From: a bacterium
GTDB taxonomy: Bacteria; Margulisbacteria; Marinamargulisbacteria; CANKTL01
DNA length: 42,465 nt
Direction: 5' to 3'
Assembly (NCBI GenBank): GCA_947486405.1
Contig: CANKTL010000003.1
Span: 1 to 42,465, forward strand
In this document: positions 8,765 to 18,774 of the stretch, piece after piece
Layout: each line of letters opens with the position of its first letter
How positions within the stretch are numbered: the stretch's first letter is position 1
Position numbers and translations under genes: made by a program
Notes under the pieces: generated by a model
What the model was told of the DNA's origin: nothing
Database searches by the model: none
The model's input: the letters and a program-made list of their open reading frames with translations, nothing else

Positions 8765-9648
8765 GGACGCGGCCGTCTCCCCTGGCGTTGGTTCAGGCAG
8801 AGATGGTGCATGCGCGGTTGAAGGCGCAATTTCCGACGGCGGAACTGACCATTGTTCCCATTCAATCCGAAGGCGACCGGCAAGGTTCGCTTCCGATTGC
8901 TGAAATTGGGGGGAAGGGTATTTTTATTAAGGCCTTGGAACAGGCGTTACTGGCGGATGAAATTGACATTGCGGTGCATTCGTTTAAAGACATTACGAGT
9001 GCGATTCCGGCTGAATTAGAGGTAATCGGGTTTTTTGCGCCTGAGTCTAGCCAGGATGTGTTGGTGGCGAATGGTAAGAAATTAAACGAGCTACCGGCCG
9101 GTGCACGGGTAGGTACTGGCAGCGTTCGGCGCATTGCGCAGCTGGCGCGGGTGTGTCCGGGGTTGCAGTGTGTGCCGGTGCGCGGCAACGTGGGGTCGAG
9201 AGTGAACTTGGTGAAGGAAGGCTCCGTTGATGCCGTTATTTTGTCTGAGGCGGGCCTGATTCGGCTTGGACTGACTGATTATATTGATGAGGTACTCACC
9301 ACGCCGGATTTTGTGCCGGCCCCCGGTCAAGGTGTAATTGCCATCGAGGTAAGGCGTGATGATAGGGCAGTTATCGCCGCTGTTTCGGACATTAGCGATC
9401 ATCAGCAGGGGGAAATTTCACGCCTGGAGCTACAAATGATGTCGATACTGGGATTCGATTGCCAGATTCCCCTTGGTATCGCGTCACGGGCGCATTTAAG
9501 TGGTGTTGAAATGGATCTTTTTCTATCAGACCGATCGGGTGGCTTGGTTTGGCGAGAAAAACGGGTTTTAGCTGCCGAGGATACCAATGCCGCGGCTACC
9601 TGGGCAGCTGAGTTGAAACAATGGGGCCTTGCGCATGGCATTCGCTAA
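8731..9648 (+). CDS. hemC: Hydroxymethylbilane synthase
   Basis: IGTRPSPLA, GGKGIFIK, AVHSFKD, RGNV, PAPGQG, cofactor Cys in DCQIP. Confidence 0.96.
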   Translation: MAQLPPPRIRIGTRPSPLALVQAEMVHARLKAQFPTAELTIVPIQSEGDRQGSLPIAEIGGKGIFIKALEQALLADEIDIAVHSFKDITSAIPAELEVIGFFAPESSQDVLVANGKKLNELPAGARVGTGSVRRIAQLARVCPGLQCVPVRGNVGSRVNLVKEGSVDAVILSEAGLIRLGLTDYIDEVLTTPDFVPAPGQGVIAIEVRRDDRAVIAAVSDISDHQQGEISRLELQMMSILGFDCQIPLGIASRAHLSGVEMDLFLSDRSGGLVWREKRVLAAEDTNAAATWAAELKQWGLAHGIR

Positions 9649-11119
9649 ACAAGGCCGCGTCATTTTGGTGGGGGCTGGTCCCGGTGATCCTGAGCTTTTA
9701 ACGCTTAAGGGCCGCCGATGGTTAGGTGAAGCTGACGTGGTTTTATACGATTTTTTGATTCACCCGAATTTATTGGCCCTTTGTAGACCCGACGCTGAAC
9801 TCATTTGCGTGGGTAAGCGAAAAGGCCTTCATGTGAATCATCAGACCTCAATTAATGCGCAAATTGTGACCCACGCCGTCGCCGGAAAAACGGTAGTCCG
9901 CCTCAAAGGGGGCGATCCCTTTGTCTTTGGACGGGGTGGCGAAGAACTGCTGGCAGCCAAATCAGCGGGCATTCCGGTTGAAGTGGTGCCGGGCGTAAGT
10001 TCAGGGTGGGCCGTGCCAGCCTATGCGGGCATTCCCCTCACATTTCGCGAAGTGTCCCGCTCCGTGGCGATGGTTTCGGGGAGTTTGTCCACCGGGGCGG
10101 CACCCGAAGCGCACCAGTTGCCGATTGCAGACACGGTTGTGGTGTTTATGGCCGTGAGCCACCTGGACGATATTGTGGCGGCCTACGTTAAAAATGGCCA
10201 TTTTACGACGCAAACGCCGGTGGCCGTTATTTATCGCGGTACTTTGGCTGCCCAATCGACTTTGATTTCCACCTTGGGTAACGTGGCCGCCGATGTGCGT
10301 CAGGCCGAACTAAGCTCCCCCTCCTTGCTGGTTATTGGCGAGGTTGTGGCCCTGGCACCTCAGCTTAATTGGATTTCAGATCTGCCGCTTTTTGGCCACA
10401 GGGTGGTGGTACTGCGTGCGGCGCACCAGTCAGCTGAACTCACCGAAAAATTATCCCATTTTGGGGCGGAAGTGGTTCAGCTGCCGGTATTAAAATTCGA
10501 GAAAAAACCCGAATTATTGAACTTAATTTCACCCCAATACCTCTCTGATTTTTCAATGATTATATTTACGTCTCCCAACGGGGTACGCCACTTTATGGAC
10601 CATATCTTAAGTCGGGGAATGGATGCGCGTGGATTGATCGGCAAGCAAATTGTGGCGATCGGACCCAAAACGGCGCAGACTTTACGGTCGTATGGCATTT
10701 CAGCCGATTTTCAGCCTGAGCATTACCATTCTGAGGGCATTGCAGAGATGTTACCTGTGGAACTGTCTGATCAGCGTATTTTAATGCCGGTTGCGGCCGG
10801 AGCCGATGGCCAATTGAGCTCGAATTTAGAGAAGAGGGGTGCCCAAGTGACGGTACTTAAAACCTACGAAACCGTTATGCCTGATCACCTGTCCTTTACC
10901 CTCATGCCTCACGACTGGATTGTTTTCACCAGTCCATCCACCGCCACGCACTTCTTCCAATCAGTTTGGGATGGTCAAACGCCCATTCGCTGTGTCAGTA
11001 TCGGGAAGAAGACCTCTGCGAAAATTCATGATCATTGGTCAGAGTCTATATTTGAAGCGGAATTTGCGGGTGACGACGGGGTCGTTGCCGCAATTATTTC
11101 GCAAGCGGGAGGTCATTAA
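9635..11119 (+). CDS. cobA: Fused uroporphyrinogen-III C-methyltransferase / uroporphyrinogen-III synthase
   Basis: VGAGPGDPELLTLKG and RLKGGDPFVFGRGGEE, followed by a HemD domain (FTSPNGV, AIGPKTA, FTSPST). Confidence 0.95.
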   Translation: MAFAKQGRVILVGAGPGDPELLTLKGRRWLGEADVVLYDFLIHPNLLALCRPDAELICVGKRKGLHVNHQTSINAQIVTHAVAGKTVVRLKGGDPFVFGRGGEELLAAKSAGIPVEVVPGVSSGWAVPAYAGIPLTFREVSRSVAMVSGSLSTGAAPEAHQLPIADTVVVFMAVSHLDDIVAAYVKNGHFTTQTPVAVIYRGTLAAQSTLISTLGNVAADVRQAELSSPSLLVIGEVVALAPQLNWISDLPLFGHRVVVLRAAHQSAELTEKLSHFGAEVVQLPVLKFEKKPELLNLISPQYLSDFSMIIFTSPNGVRHFMDHILSRGMDARGLIGKQIVAIGPKTAQTLRSYGISADFQPEHYHSEGIAEMLPVELSDQRILMPVAAGADGQLSSNLEKRGAQVTVLKTYETVMPDHLSFTLMPHDWIVFTSPSTATHFFQSVWDGQTPIRCVSIGKKTSAKIHDHWSESIFEAEFAGDDGVVAAIISQAGGH

Positions 11120-12115
11120 ATGTTTCCATCGATTCGATTGTCTCGGCACCGCCAAACCGCCGCTTTGCGGAATTTTAATCGGGAAACTGATTTATTGCCC
11201 CGTCATTTCATTCAACCTTTGTTTGTGCGTGAAGGCATTGAAGCTGATCAGCCTATTAACGCGTTACCCGGCGTGAGCCAGCTTACCGTGAAATCTGCGG
11301 TGGCTCGGGCCCATCAGGCGGCCAAAAGTGGGGTTTCGGCGGTCATTTTATTCGGGATTCCGGTTCTAAAAGACGCCCGAGGCACCTCAGCCAGTGACCC
11401 CAATGGAATTGTGCAAGAAACCATTCGGGCGATCAAAGATGCCGTGCCTGAACTAGCTGTCATTGCAGATTGTTGTCTCTGCGAATACACCGACCATGGC
11501 CACTGTGGCATCTGGAATGGCCCTGACCAATGGAATAACGATGCGACTTTAGCGCGGCTGGCCGACATTGCCCAAAGCTACGCCGACGCTGGCGCGGATA
11601 TTGTGGCGCCCTCCGGCATGATCGACGGTATGGTCAGTGGCATCCGAAAGGGGCTCGATGATCATAATCATCACCATGTCGGCATTATGAGCTACGCCAT
11701 CAAATATGCGTCGGCGTTTTATGGGCCATTTCGACATGCGGCCGGCAGTTCTGAGGCGTTTGTGGGGGATCGTAATCATCACCAATTAGCGCCCACTCAG
11801 CGTCAAGAAGGATTGCGAGAGGCGGCTTTAGATGTCAATGAGGGAGCGGATTATTTAATCGTCAAACCTGCGCAGCACTACATGGATATGATTCGCGATC
11901 TGCGAAATCAAACTCAGGTGATGATTGTGGCGTATCAGGTTTCAGGCGAATATGTGATGATTAAGACGGCAGCCCAGCAAGGGGTAATGAATGAGCAGGC
12001 GGCTTTCCTGGAAGTCTTTACGGGACTTCGCCGGGCGGGGGCGTCATCCATCATTGCATATAACGCCATTGAGGTGGCGCAAGTATTAAAAAATAGACTC
12101 AAAGGTGATGATTAA
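11120..12115 (+). CDS. hemB: Porphobilinogen synthase (Zn-type)
   Basis: DCCLCEYTDHGHCG, APSGMIDG, KYASAFYGPFR, VKPA, AYQVSGEY. Confidence 0.97.
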   Translation: MFPSIRLSRHRQTAALRNFNRETDLLPRHFIQPLFVREGIEADQPINALPGVSQLTVKSAVARAHQAAKSGVSAVILFGIPVLKDARGTSASDPNGIVQETIRAIKDAVPELAVIADCCLCEYTDHGHCGIWNGPDQWNNDATLARLADIAQSYADAGADIVAPSGMIDGMVSGIRKGLDDHNHHHVGIMSYAIKYASAFYGPFRHAAGSSEAFVGDRNHHQLAPTQRQEGLREAALDVNEGADYLIVKPAQHYMDMIRDLRNQTQVMIVAYQVSGEYVMIKTAAQQGVMNEQAAFLEVFTGLRRAGASSIIAYNAIEVAQVLKNRLKGDD

Positions 12116-13391
12116 GGTGGGTAGTGATTTGTTTGGTGCGGCATCGGACGTATTGGTTGGCGGGGTGAATAGTCCGGCCCGGGCTTTTAAGGCCATTGGC
12201 ATTCCGCCGGTCTTTATTGACCGAGGTGAGGGTCCATATATCTACGACACCGAAAATCGGCGTTATATCGACTATATCCAATCGTGGGGTCCGATGATCC
12301 TGGGTCATTGCCATCCGCAGGTTTCTGAGGCCTTACACCGGGCTGTGGACAAAGGAACCTCGTTTGGGGCACCCACCGTTGCTGAAACCGAGATGGCCAA
12401 ACGAGTGCAGGGGTTTTTCCCATCGATGGAAAAGATGCGCTTTGTGAGTTCGGGTACCGAGGCCACAATGAGTGCCATTCGCCTGGCTCGGGGGGCAACC
12501 GGCCGGCGGAAAATTTTAAAGTTTGAGGGATGCTATCACGGGCATGCCGATAGTTTATTGGTCGCTGCCGGATCAGGGGCTTTAACCCTCGGTGAGCCCG
12601 ATAGCAAAGGTGTATTGGCTGATCTGGCCCAACATACACTTACCGCGCCGTTTAACGATTTGGATACTGTAAAGGCTATTTTTGAACGCTGGGGTGATGA
12701 TTTGGCGGGGGTAATTGTAGAGCCAGTGGTCGGCAATATGGGCGTTGTTCTGCCACAACCTGGTTTTTTAGCGGGTCTTAGGCAATCATGTGATGATTAC
12801 GGGGCACTTTTGATCTTGGATGAAGTCATGACGGGGTTCCGGGTGGGCCTCAACGGTGCCCAGGCTCTCTACGATTGTAAACCCGACTTAACAGTACTGG
12901 GTAAGGTGGTGGGCGGTGGGCTTCCCTGCGGGGTCTATGGGGGTAGGGCCGATATAATGGCTCACGTCGCGCCCGAAGGTGGCGTGTACCAAGCGGGAAC
13001 ACTCTCGGGTAACCCGCTCGCGATGGCTGCCGGAATCATCACCTTGGATATTTTGAAAACCGCGGACGCGTTTGCGATGGCTGAAAAACAGTGCCAACAA
13101 TTGGTGGTCGGTATCAAAGAAATCATCACCTCACACTCAGTTCCTGCAACCATTCAATCGGTCGGCACCATGTGGACCCTCTTCTGGTGTCCCGATCCTA
13201 TTCATAACCTAACCGATGCCAAGCGTTCAGACCTGGCCCAATTTCGGACCTTTTATAAAGCGATGCTGCGGCAAGGCATCTATATGGCGCCGTCGCAATT
13301 TGAAGCCAATTTTGTGTCAGCCGTTCATACGGAGGAAAACATAGACTCGACCCTGACGGCGATTCGAACCTACTGCCAAACTGTTAGGTAA
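12105..13391 (+). CDS. hemL: Glutamate-1-semialdehyde 2,1-aminomutase (start 12105 or 12108)
   Basis: GGVNSP, SWGPMILGH, SGTEAT, YHGH, DEVMTGFR, GKVVGGGLP, YQAGTLSGNP. Confidence 0.97.
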   Translation: MMIKVGSDLFGAASDVLVGGVNSPARAFKAIGIPPVFIDRGEGPYIYDTENRRYIDYIQSWGPMILGHCHPQVSEALHRAVDKGTSFGAPTVAETEMAKRVQGFFPSMEKMRFVSSGTEATMSAIRLARGATGRRKILKFEGCYHGHADSLLVAAGSGALTLGEPDSKGVLADLAQHTLTAPFNDLDTVKAIFERWGDDLAGVIVEPVVGNMGVVLPQPGFLAGLRQSCDDYGALLILDEVMTGFRVGLNGAQALYDCKPDLTVLGKVVGGGLPCGVYGGRADIMAHVAPEGGVYQAGTLSGNPLAMAAGIITLDILKTADAFAMAEKQCQQLVVGIKEIITSHSVPATIQSVGTMWTLFWCPDPIHNLTDAKRSDLAQFRTFYKAMLRQGIYMAPSQFEANFVSAVHTEENIDSTLTAIRTYCQTVR

Positions 13392-14844
13392 ACAACGCCG
13401 AATTCAAAAACTCTTCGTTGGAATGGGTTTGTTTCAACAAGCGAATCAATTCTTCCGTAGCACTTTCCGAATCGATGTTTTTACGCAACATATAGCTCTT
13501 TTTGAGGGTGGATTCAGAGAGTAGTAATTCTTCCTTACGCGTTCCAGAATTAACCACATCGATGGCAGGGAATATTCGGCGATTGGCCAGTTTACGGTCA
13601 AGGTGAAGCTCAAGGTTACCCGTTCCTTTAAATTCTTCATAAATAATGTCGTCCATCCGTGATCCAGTATCTACCAAGGCGGTTGCGATAATGGTTAAAC
13701 TCCCGCCGTGCTCAATATTTCGCGCACCGCCGAAGAAGCGCTTGGGTTTATGCAATGAACTGGGGTCCAAACCGCCGGAAAGTGTTCGTCCTGATGGTGG
13801 CACGACCAAGTTATACGCCCGAGCCAATCGGGTAATGCTATCCAGAAGTATAACGACGTCTTTGTCACATTCCACTAGGCGCTTAGCACTTTCCAATAGC
13901 AATTCTGAGATGCGCACATGTTGTTCAGGGGGTTCGTCGAAGGTGGAATAGACGACTTCGCCATTCACCGATCGTTCCATATCGGTAACCTCTTCAGGCC
14001 GCTCATCAATCAACAGCACCTTAATAATGACTTCTGGTTGGTTGATACTTATCGCATTGGCGATTTCTTTCATAATGGACGTTTTTCCGGCCTTTGGCGG
14101 GGATACAATTAGCGCGCGTTGCCCTTTCCCGAAGGGGACCAGCATATCCATAATCCGCCCGGAAACCGGTAACTTCCCAATTTCCATTTTGAGCTGTTGA
14201 TCGGGGTAAATAGGGCAGAGATTAGAAAATACGGTGCGTTCTTTAATCTTTTCAGGCGCATCGTAGTTGATGCTTTCGACGCCCAGCAACGAAAAATAAC
14301 GCTCGCCTTCTTTGGGGGGCCGAACTTGGCCGGTGAGGGTGTCGCCCGTCATTAAGCGCATGCGTCTGATCTGGTTCTGAGACACGTAAACGTCTTCTGA
14401 GCTGGGCAGATAGTTGGTCGTTCTTAAAAATCCATATCCATCGGGCAAAATTTCTAATACACCAGTGGCAAAAATAGATCCGTTTTGTTCGGTTTTAGCC
14501 TGTAAAATGCGGAAAATCAGGTCGTTTTTATTTAACGCTTTATAGTCGGTTAAGTTGAGTTTTTCGGCCAATTGGTGAAGGTCTTTAACGGTGCTTTTTT
14601 GAAGATCCACAAGATTGAGGCGATCTTCAGGTGCAACCACCGAAAGCGGGGCATCTGGATTTTCCTCGATATAAAGAGAAGGATTTCCCTCCGGGTTGTG
14701 GTTTTTTTTGCCGTGGTTGCCCGTATTGGTCCCGCGGGTGCGAAACGACCCATGTTTTTTTCCTGAATTTTGATGTTTATAGTTGCGGCGCTGGTTATCC
14801 TGGCGATTACTGTCTCCGCTATTAGTGAAAGTGCTGTCAGTCAT
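13384..14844 (-). CDS. rho: Transcription termination factor Rho with polar N-terminal extension
   Basis: GVLEILPDGYGFLR, GKGQR...PPKAGKT, LLIDERPEEVTD, DSITRLARAYN, EEFKGTGN. Confidence 0.98.
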   Translation of the reverse strand: MTDSTFTNSGDSNRQDNQRRNYKHQNSGKKHGSFRTRGTNTGNHGKKNHNPEGNPSLYIEENPDAPLSVVAPEDRLNLVDLQKSTVKDLHQLAEKLNLTDYKALNKNDLIFRILQAKTEQNGSIFATGVLEILPDGYGFLRTTNYLPSSEDVYVSQNQIRRMRLMTGDTLTGQVRPPKEGERYFSLLGVESINYDAPEKIKERTVFSNLCPIYPDQQLKMEIGKLPVSGRIMDMLVPFGKGQRALIVSPPKAGKTSIMKEIANAISINQPEVIIKVLLIDERPEEVTDMERSVNGEVVYSTFDEPPEQHVRISELLLESAKRLVECDKDVVILLDSITRLARAYNLVVPPSGRTLSGGLDPSSLHKPKRFFGGARNIEHGGSLTIIATALVDTGSRMDDIIYEEFKGTGNLELHLDRKLANRRIFPAIDVVNSGTRKEELLLSESTLKKSYMLRKNIDSESATEELIRLLKQTHSNEEFLNSALFT

Positions 14845-15048
14845 TGATTTTGAGGCTCCTTAACCGGTCCAATGACATCAAAATAGTCAGAGGCGGCAGC
14901 GTAATGGGGGTAAATAATTTTTAGGATTAAGTTTGGTGATTTCCTGTGCCCATTGAGCGGACTCAGGCTCTTGCTGACTCACTGTAAAGTATAATCAGAC
15001 TCTTTGAGAATAAAATAAAACGACTGATTTTGCAATATTTGAGTTTGG

Positions 15049-16395
15049 CTAGGGTTTGCTGAGGTAAACAACGCTTTCGATATGAAAGGTGTTGGGGAAC
15101 ATATCGACGGGCTGAATGTAATGGATCCGATACCCGTGGGTTTCAAATTCTTTAAGGTCCCGAAACAGGGTAACGGGGTTGCAGGAGACGTAGACAATAT
15201 GAGGGGCGTTACAGTCTAAAATGCGCCGAATGGCTTTGGGCACCATGCCACTTCGGGGCGGATCAATGACTATAAGTTCAGGCGTCCAGGTGTGGCTTTT
15301 AAGCACGTTTTTAACGCGGTCGCAGATAAATTGAATATTGGTAACACTATTCAAAGCCGCATTTTGAGTGGCGTCGGCAATTGCAGACGGGTTTTCTTCG
15401 ACCCCAATTACCGTGCCACAGTGCTCGGACATATAAATGCCAATTGTGCCGGTGCCACAATAAAGGTCAAAGGCCAGTTTGGGCGCAATTTTCTGCGCCA
15501 CTTTGGCCACTTCATCGTACAAGATTCGTGCTTGAAGGCTATTGGTTTGGAAAAACGACAGTGGCGAAATCTTAAATTGGTAGCTGCCAATCGATTCTAT
15601 AATATGATCGTCGCCGGCCACGTGGTGAATGTTGGTAGTGAAGGCCGTGTCACCGACCGCGGACTGAATGGATTTGAATACCGATGCCACCGACGGAAAC
15701 TGGGCCATGAGGGCCGTTGAAAATTGGGAAATGAGCTCGGGATTGTCTTCGCTGACCACCAAATTTACCATCCAAGCGGCCTTGCGTTTGCTCTGCCGAA
15801 GCATTAAATGACGCAGAAAGCCAACGTGCTCGCGGTAATCCCAAGTGCTTGCCTTAGCGGCCCTAAAAAAAGCCTGGGCAAAGGCAATGATGGCGTTGCT
15901 TTCTTGATCTTGCAGCAGGCATTGGGTAATGGGTACTACCTGATCAAACTGCCCACGCCGTTTAAGTCCTAAAATGACTTCGCCGTTTTCGCTGCCAAAC
16001 GCAAATTCCATTTTGTTGCGGTAAAAATAGGGCGAATCACAGGCCAACACAGGTCGAATTAAGGGAATGGCCGATTCCAAATGATGCTGAAAGGCCGCAT
16101 CCGCGATCATACTGGCTTTGAACTGAATCTGGGTCTCGTATTGGACGCCTTGAAGTTGGCAGCCGCCACAGTCGTCCGCGTGTTGGCAGGCAGCGGGTTC
16201 TCTGAACGGGGAAGGCGATTCAAGGGCCAGCTTTACCCCATGCCAAAATCGCTTTTCTTTCTTTTTAATTCGAACCAATACCCGATCTCCGGGCACCGTT
16301 TGCGGTACGAATACCTTGATCCCGTCAATGGTCCCCATGCCCCACCCGTGATAAACGAGTTTTTCGATGTCGACGGAATACGTAGGAGGCGTCAT
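15049..16395 (-). CDS. rlmD: 23S rRNA (uracil-5)-methyltransferase RlmD
   Basis: TRAM domain, C..CGGC Fe-S motif, YRNK, SFFQTN, DLYCGTG, DPPR, YVSCNP, DMFPNT.HIE. Confidence 0.94.
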   Translation of the reverse strand: MTPPTYSVDIEKLVYHGWGMGTIDGIKVFVPQTVPGDRVLVRIKKKEKRFWHGVKLALESPSPFREPAACQHADDCGGCQLQGVQYETQIQFKASMIADAAFQHHLESAIPLIRPVLACDSPYFYRNKMEFAFGSENGEVILGLKRRGQFDQVVPITQCLLQDQESNAIIAFAQAFFRAAKASTWDYREHVGFLRHLMLRQSKRKAAWMVNLVVSEDNPELISQFSTALMAQFPSVASVFKSIQSAVGDTAFTTNIHHVAGDDHIIESIGSYQFKISPLSFFQTNSLQARILYDEVAKVAQKIAPKLAFDLYCGTGTIGIYMSEHCGTVIGVEENPSAIADATQNAALNSVTNIQFICDRVKNVLKSHTWTPELIVIDPPRSGMVPKAIRRILDCNAPHIVYVSCNPVTLFRDLKEFETHGYRIHYIQPVDMFPNTFHIESVVYLSKP

Positions 16396-18734
16396 CGGGT
16401 TAAACCAAACGACGGAATAGGCATAGTCTCGATAGGAACTCGAATGTGGTGGGTATTTCGGGTAAATTTAAGCCGACGGGGGCCCAATCGGTGAATCCCG
16501 TTGGTGGCTGGAAAATGCGCGATATTTTTGGGGAAATTAATGAAAATGTCTTTAACCGATGCGACCAAATTAGGCGTAAGCTGAATTTCGATCTCATCCC
16601 CAGTGAGTTTGAGTTCCAACGAAATCTCGCCCCATTTGCAGCCCAAATTTTGAAGACTAATGGCCGCACCCGAGGACGCCCACGCCAACTCAGGAATGGT
16701 GATTTCAATGCCAGACTCGACAGTGGTCAACATCAATCGATTGCTAAGCCGAATGAACGCAGTGTTGGCTGCGAGATCGTGGCCTTCGCCATAAATCCCC
16801 AAATTGGTTTGCGGATGCATCCGCTCGGGCCAAGTGGCGGTAGCACTGGCGGTGGTGATCAGGGTATCCCAAATTTCCCAGGCCAACTCTGTGTCTCCTT
16901 GGGCTGCCGCAATTTGGGCCAGTTGGGCGGATAGGACCGGACTGATTCCGGGAATAAATTCGTGCGTATATACCATGTTTTCGTGGCTAAAGTGGCGCTT
17001 GATTTGGGCCACTGTTTCGACCACTAATGGATCGTTGGGGCTGAGGAGTTCCATGTCGGTCACCACGCTCAGTAGGTCGCAAATACGTTCATCTAATAGG
17101 AGGTGAGGATCGCCCGGTAAGAAGGGTGTTTGGCCGGACCGATCAAACAGCACGCCGAGGTGGGCCAGCAGTCGCGATTGGAATTGCGCTGCATCCGCCA
17201 AAAGACGATTTGCAGTTTCAAAGTCATACAATTCTTGGGCCAGTTTTCCCGTCGATTTGAGTCCGAAAATTCCCCAAAAAAGATCCAAGATTGGGGTGTG
17301 AATATACTTGGCCCGGTTTTTAGCTTTGCTGGGCTTGAAAAACACAGAATCGGTTAACTCGTGAGACAAACGCCGCGTGACCACGGCTGCTTCTCGCTTA
17401 AGTTGAGGCAATACGCCCTGAAATGGATCGATAGTGCGATTGGCCTGCAGGTAACGCAGTACCATTCCCGAAGTCGGGCCAAGATCTGACCACGATTTAG
17501 ACAGGGTTTGTCGCGTCGGTTTGGGATGAAAAATAGAATCTAACAGCGAGCGCACCGATGAAAGGGCCCCGATGTCACACAAGACGGTAGTGGTTTCATA
17601 AATGTCGCGCAGCAGCGGCCGAATCCCAGTGGTAGGAAATGGCGTAATGTCGGAGCGAAAGCCGGAGACATGGGCACAGGATAGGGAATATACCCGATTG
17701 AAGTTGGAGTGGGGCAGTGTGACTTTGGTCAGGGTGTCGAGCCGATCTGTTTGGTCAAATCGAGCAATATCGAAAATATAGTCATTGATCTTGGCCTGAA
17801 TCAGTGATTGGTATATTTTGGGTGCCGCTTTTCGCAAGATCGGCAGCATTGAGGACTGAGGATGGGCGGGACTGTCGTAGCACAGGGTTTCGGTTTGGTT
17901 AGGTTCAAGTGTAATTTTAAATTCGGCCGCAGCAGTAGCTGCTGAGTTGGGACATGTGCAACTTAAGATCATCTCCCAATTTTTAAGGGCCATCTCAAGT
18001 GGCTGATCGCTTCCTTTCAAACACAACACGTTATCGGGTGTCCGTTTGAACAGTAGCCCGATTTGATGGTCCACAATAAACCCTTTTTCAGACAAATATT
18101 GAATGTGAGAAACGGGGGCGGCTCCTTCTTGATTAAAGGGATTGATCAATAAAACAACCGAAATGGTTTGCGGCGTGCCGCTGGTGTTTTTTACCGACAC
18201 GCTACCTTTGATAACGGCGGACGCTGCGTCCGCACCCACCAACGATACACTGTGTTCTAAAAGAATAGGGGCGGAGGTAAATTTTGTTTTCACCGCATTT
18301 TGGTTGGGAATGAATATTTGAGAAATGGGGGACAACTGGTTGGCGAGGGTGATCGTGCTACTGGTTTTGATGGCCAGGTCAATGGACCAGGAGTTGGGGT
18401 GAGGCACTACTAACCCCGAGGGATCAACTACCGTCGAGATACCCACTTCTGCCAGTGAAAGGGTCGTCCAGTTGCGATTTTGAAAATTATTGAAGAGGCG
18501 ATCAAGCCCAGAGGGGGAGTACCGAGACGAATTGGGGTCGAGTTGGGCTTTTGCCCAGACCGGCCAATGGCTAAGTGGGAGCGTTGCCAAGCGTTTTCGA
18601 TTGGTTTCCCCGATGCGTTTCAGGCGGTCAATGGCGCCATCAAAACGACTACCTTTTGCACTTCGCCGGATACGACTGGCCACAGCATCAGTCAATTTCC
18701 GAGGCGGCTTCCATTTCTTTAAAAAATTGGCCAT
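16392..18734 (-). CDS. Hypothetical protein with six-hairpin glycosidase-like C-terminal region (alternative start 18788)
   Basis: Long ORF coupled to rlmD by a 4-nt overlap; WPERMHP...GEGHD motif near the C-terminus; helical core; TGnTATCTT -10 shortly before ATG 18734. Confidence 0.55.
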   Translation of the reverse strand: MANFLKKWKPPRKLTDAVASRIRRSAKGSRFDGAIDRLKRIGETNRKRLATLPLSHWPVWAKAQLDPNSSRYSPSGLDRLFNNFQNRNWTTLSLAEVGISTVVDPSGLVVPHPNSWSIDLAIKTSSTITLANQLSPISQIFIPNQNAVKTKFTSAPILLEHSVSLVGADAASAVIKGSVSVKNTSGTPQTISVVLLINPFNQEGAAPVSHIQYLSEKGFIVDHQIGLLFKRTPDNVLCLKGSDQPLEMALKNWEMILSCTCPNSAATAAAEFKITLEPNQTETLCYDSPAHPQSSMLPILRKAAPKIYQSLIQAKINDYIFDIARFDQTDRLDTLTKVTLPHSNFNRVYSLSCAHVSGFRSDITPFPTTGIRPLLRDIYETTTVLCDIGALSSVRSLLDSIFHPKPTRQTLSKSWSDLGPTSGMVLRYLQANRTIDPFQGVLPQLKREAAVVTRRLSHELTDSVFFKPSKAKNRAKYIHTPILDLFWGIFGLKSTGKLAQELYDFETANRLLADAAQFQSRLLAHLGVLFDRSGQTPFLPGDPHLLLDERICDLLSVVTDMELLSPNDPLVVETVAQIKRHFSHENMVYTHEFIPGISPVLSAQLAQIAAAQGDTELAWEIWDTLITTASATATWPERMHPQTNLGIYGEGHDLAANTAFIRLSNRLMLTTVESGIEITIPELAWASSGAAISLQNLGCKWGEISLELKLTGDEIEIQLTPNLVASVKDIFINFPKNIAHFPATNGIHRLGPRRLKFTRNTHHIRVPIETMPIPSFGLTR

Positions 18735-18774
18735 CTTGAAGGGGAAGATACCATAAAAGGGCTTTTCGGGCCAT

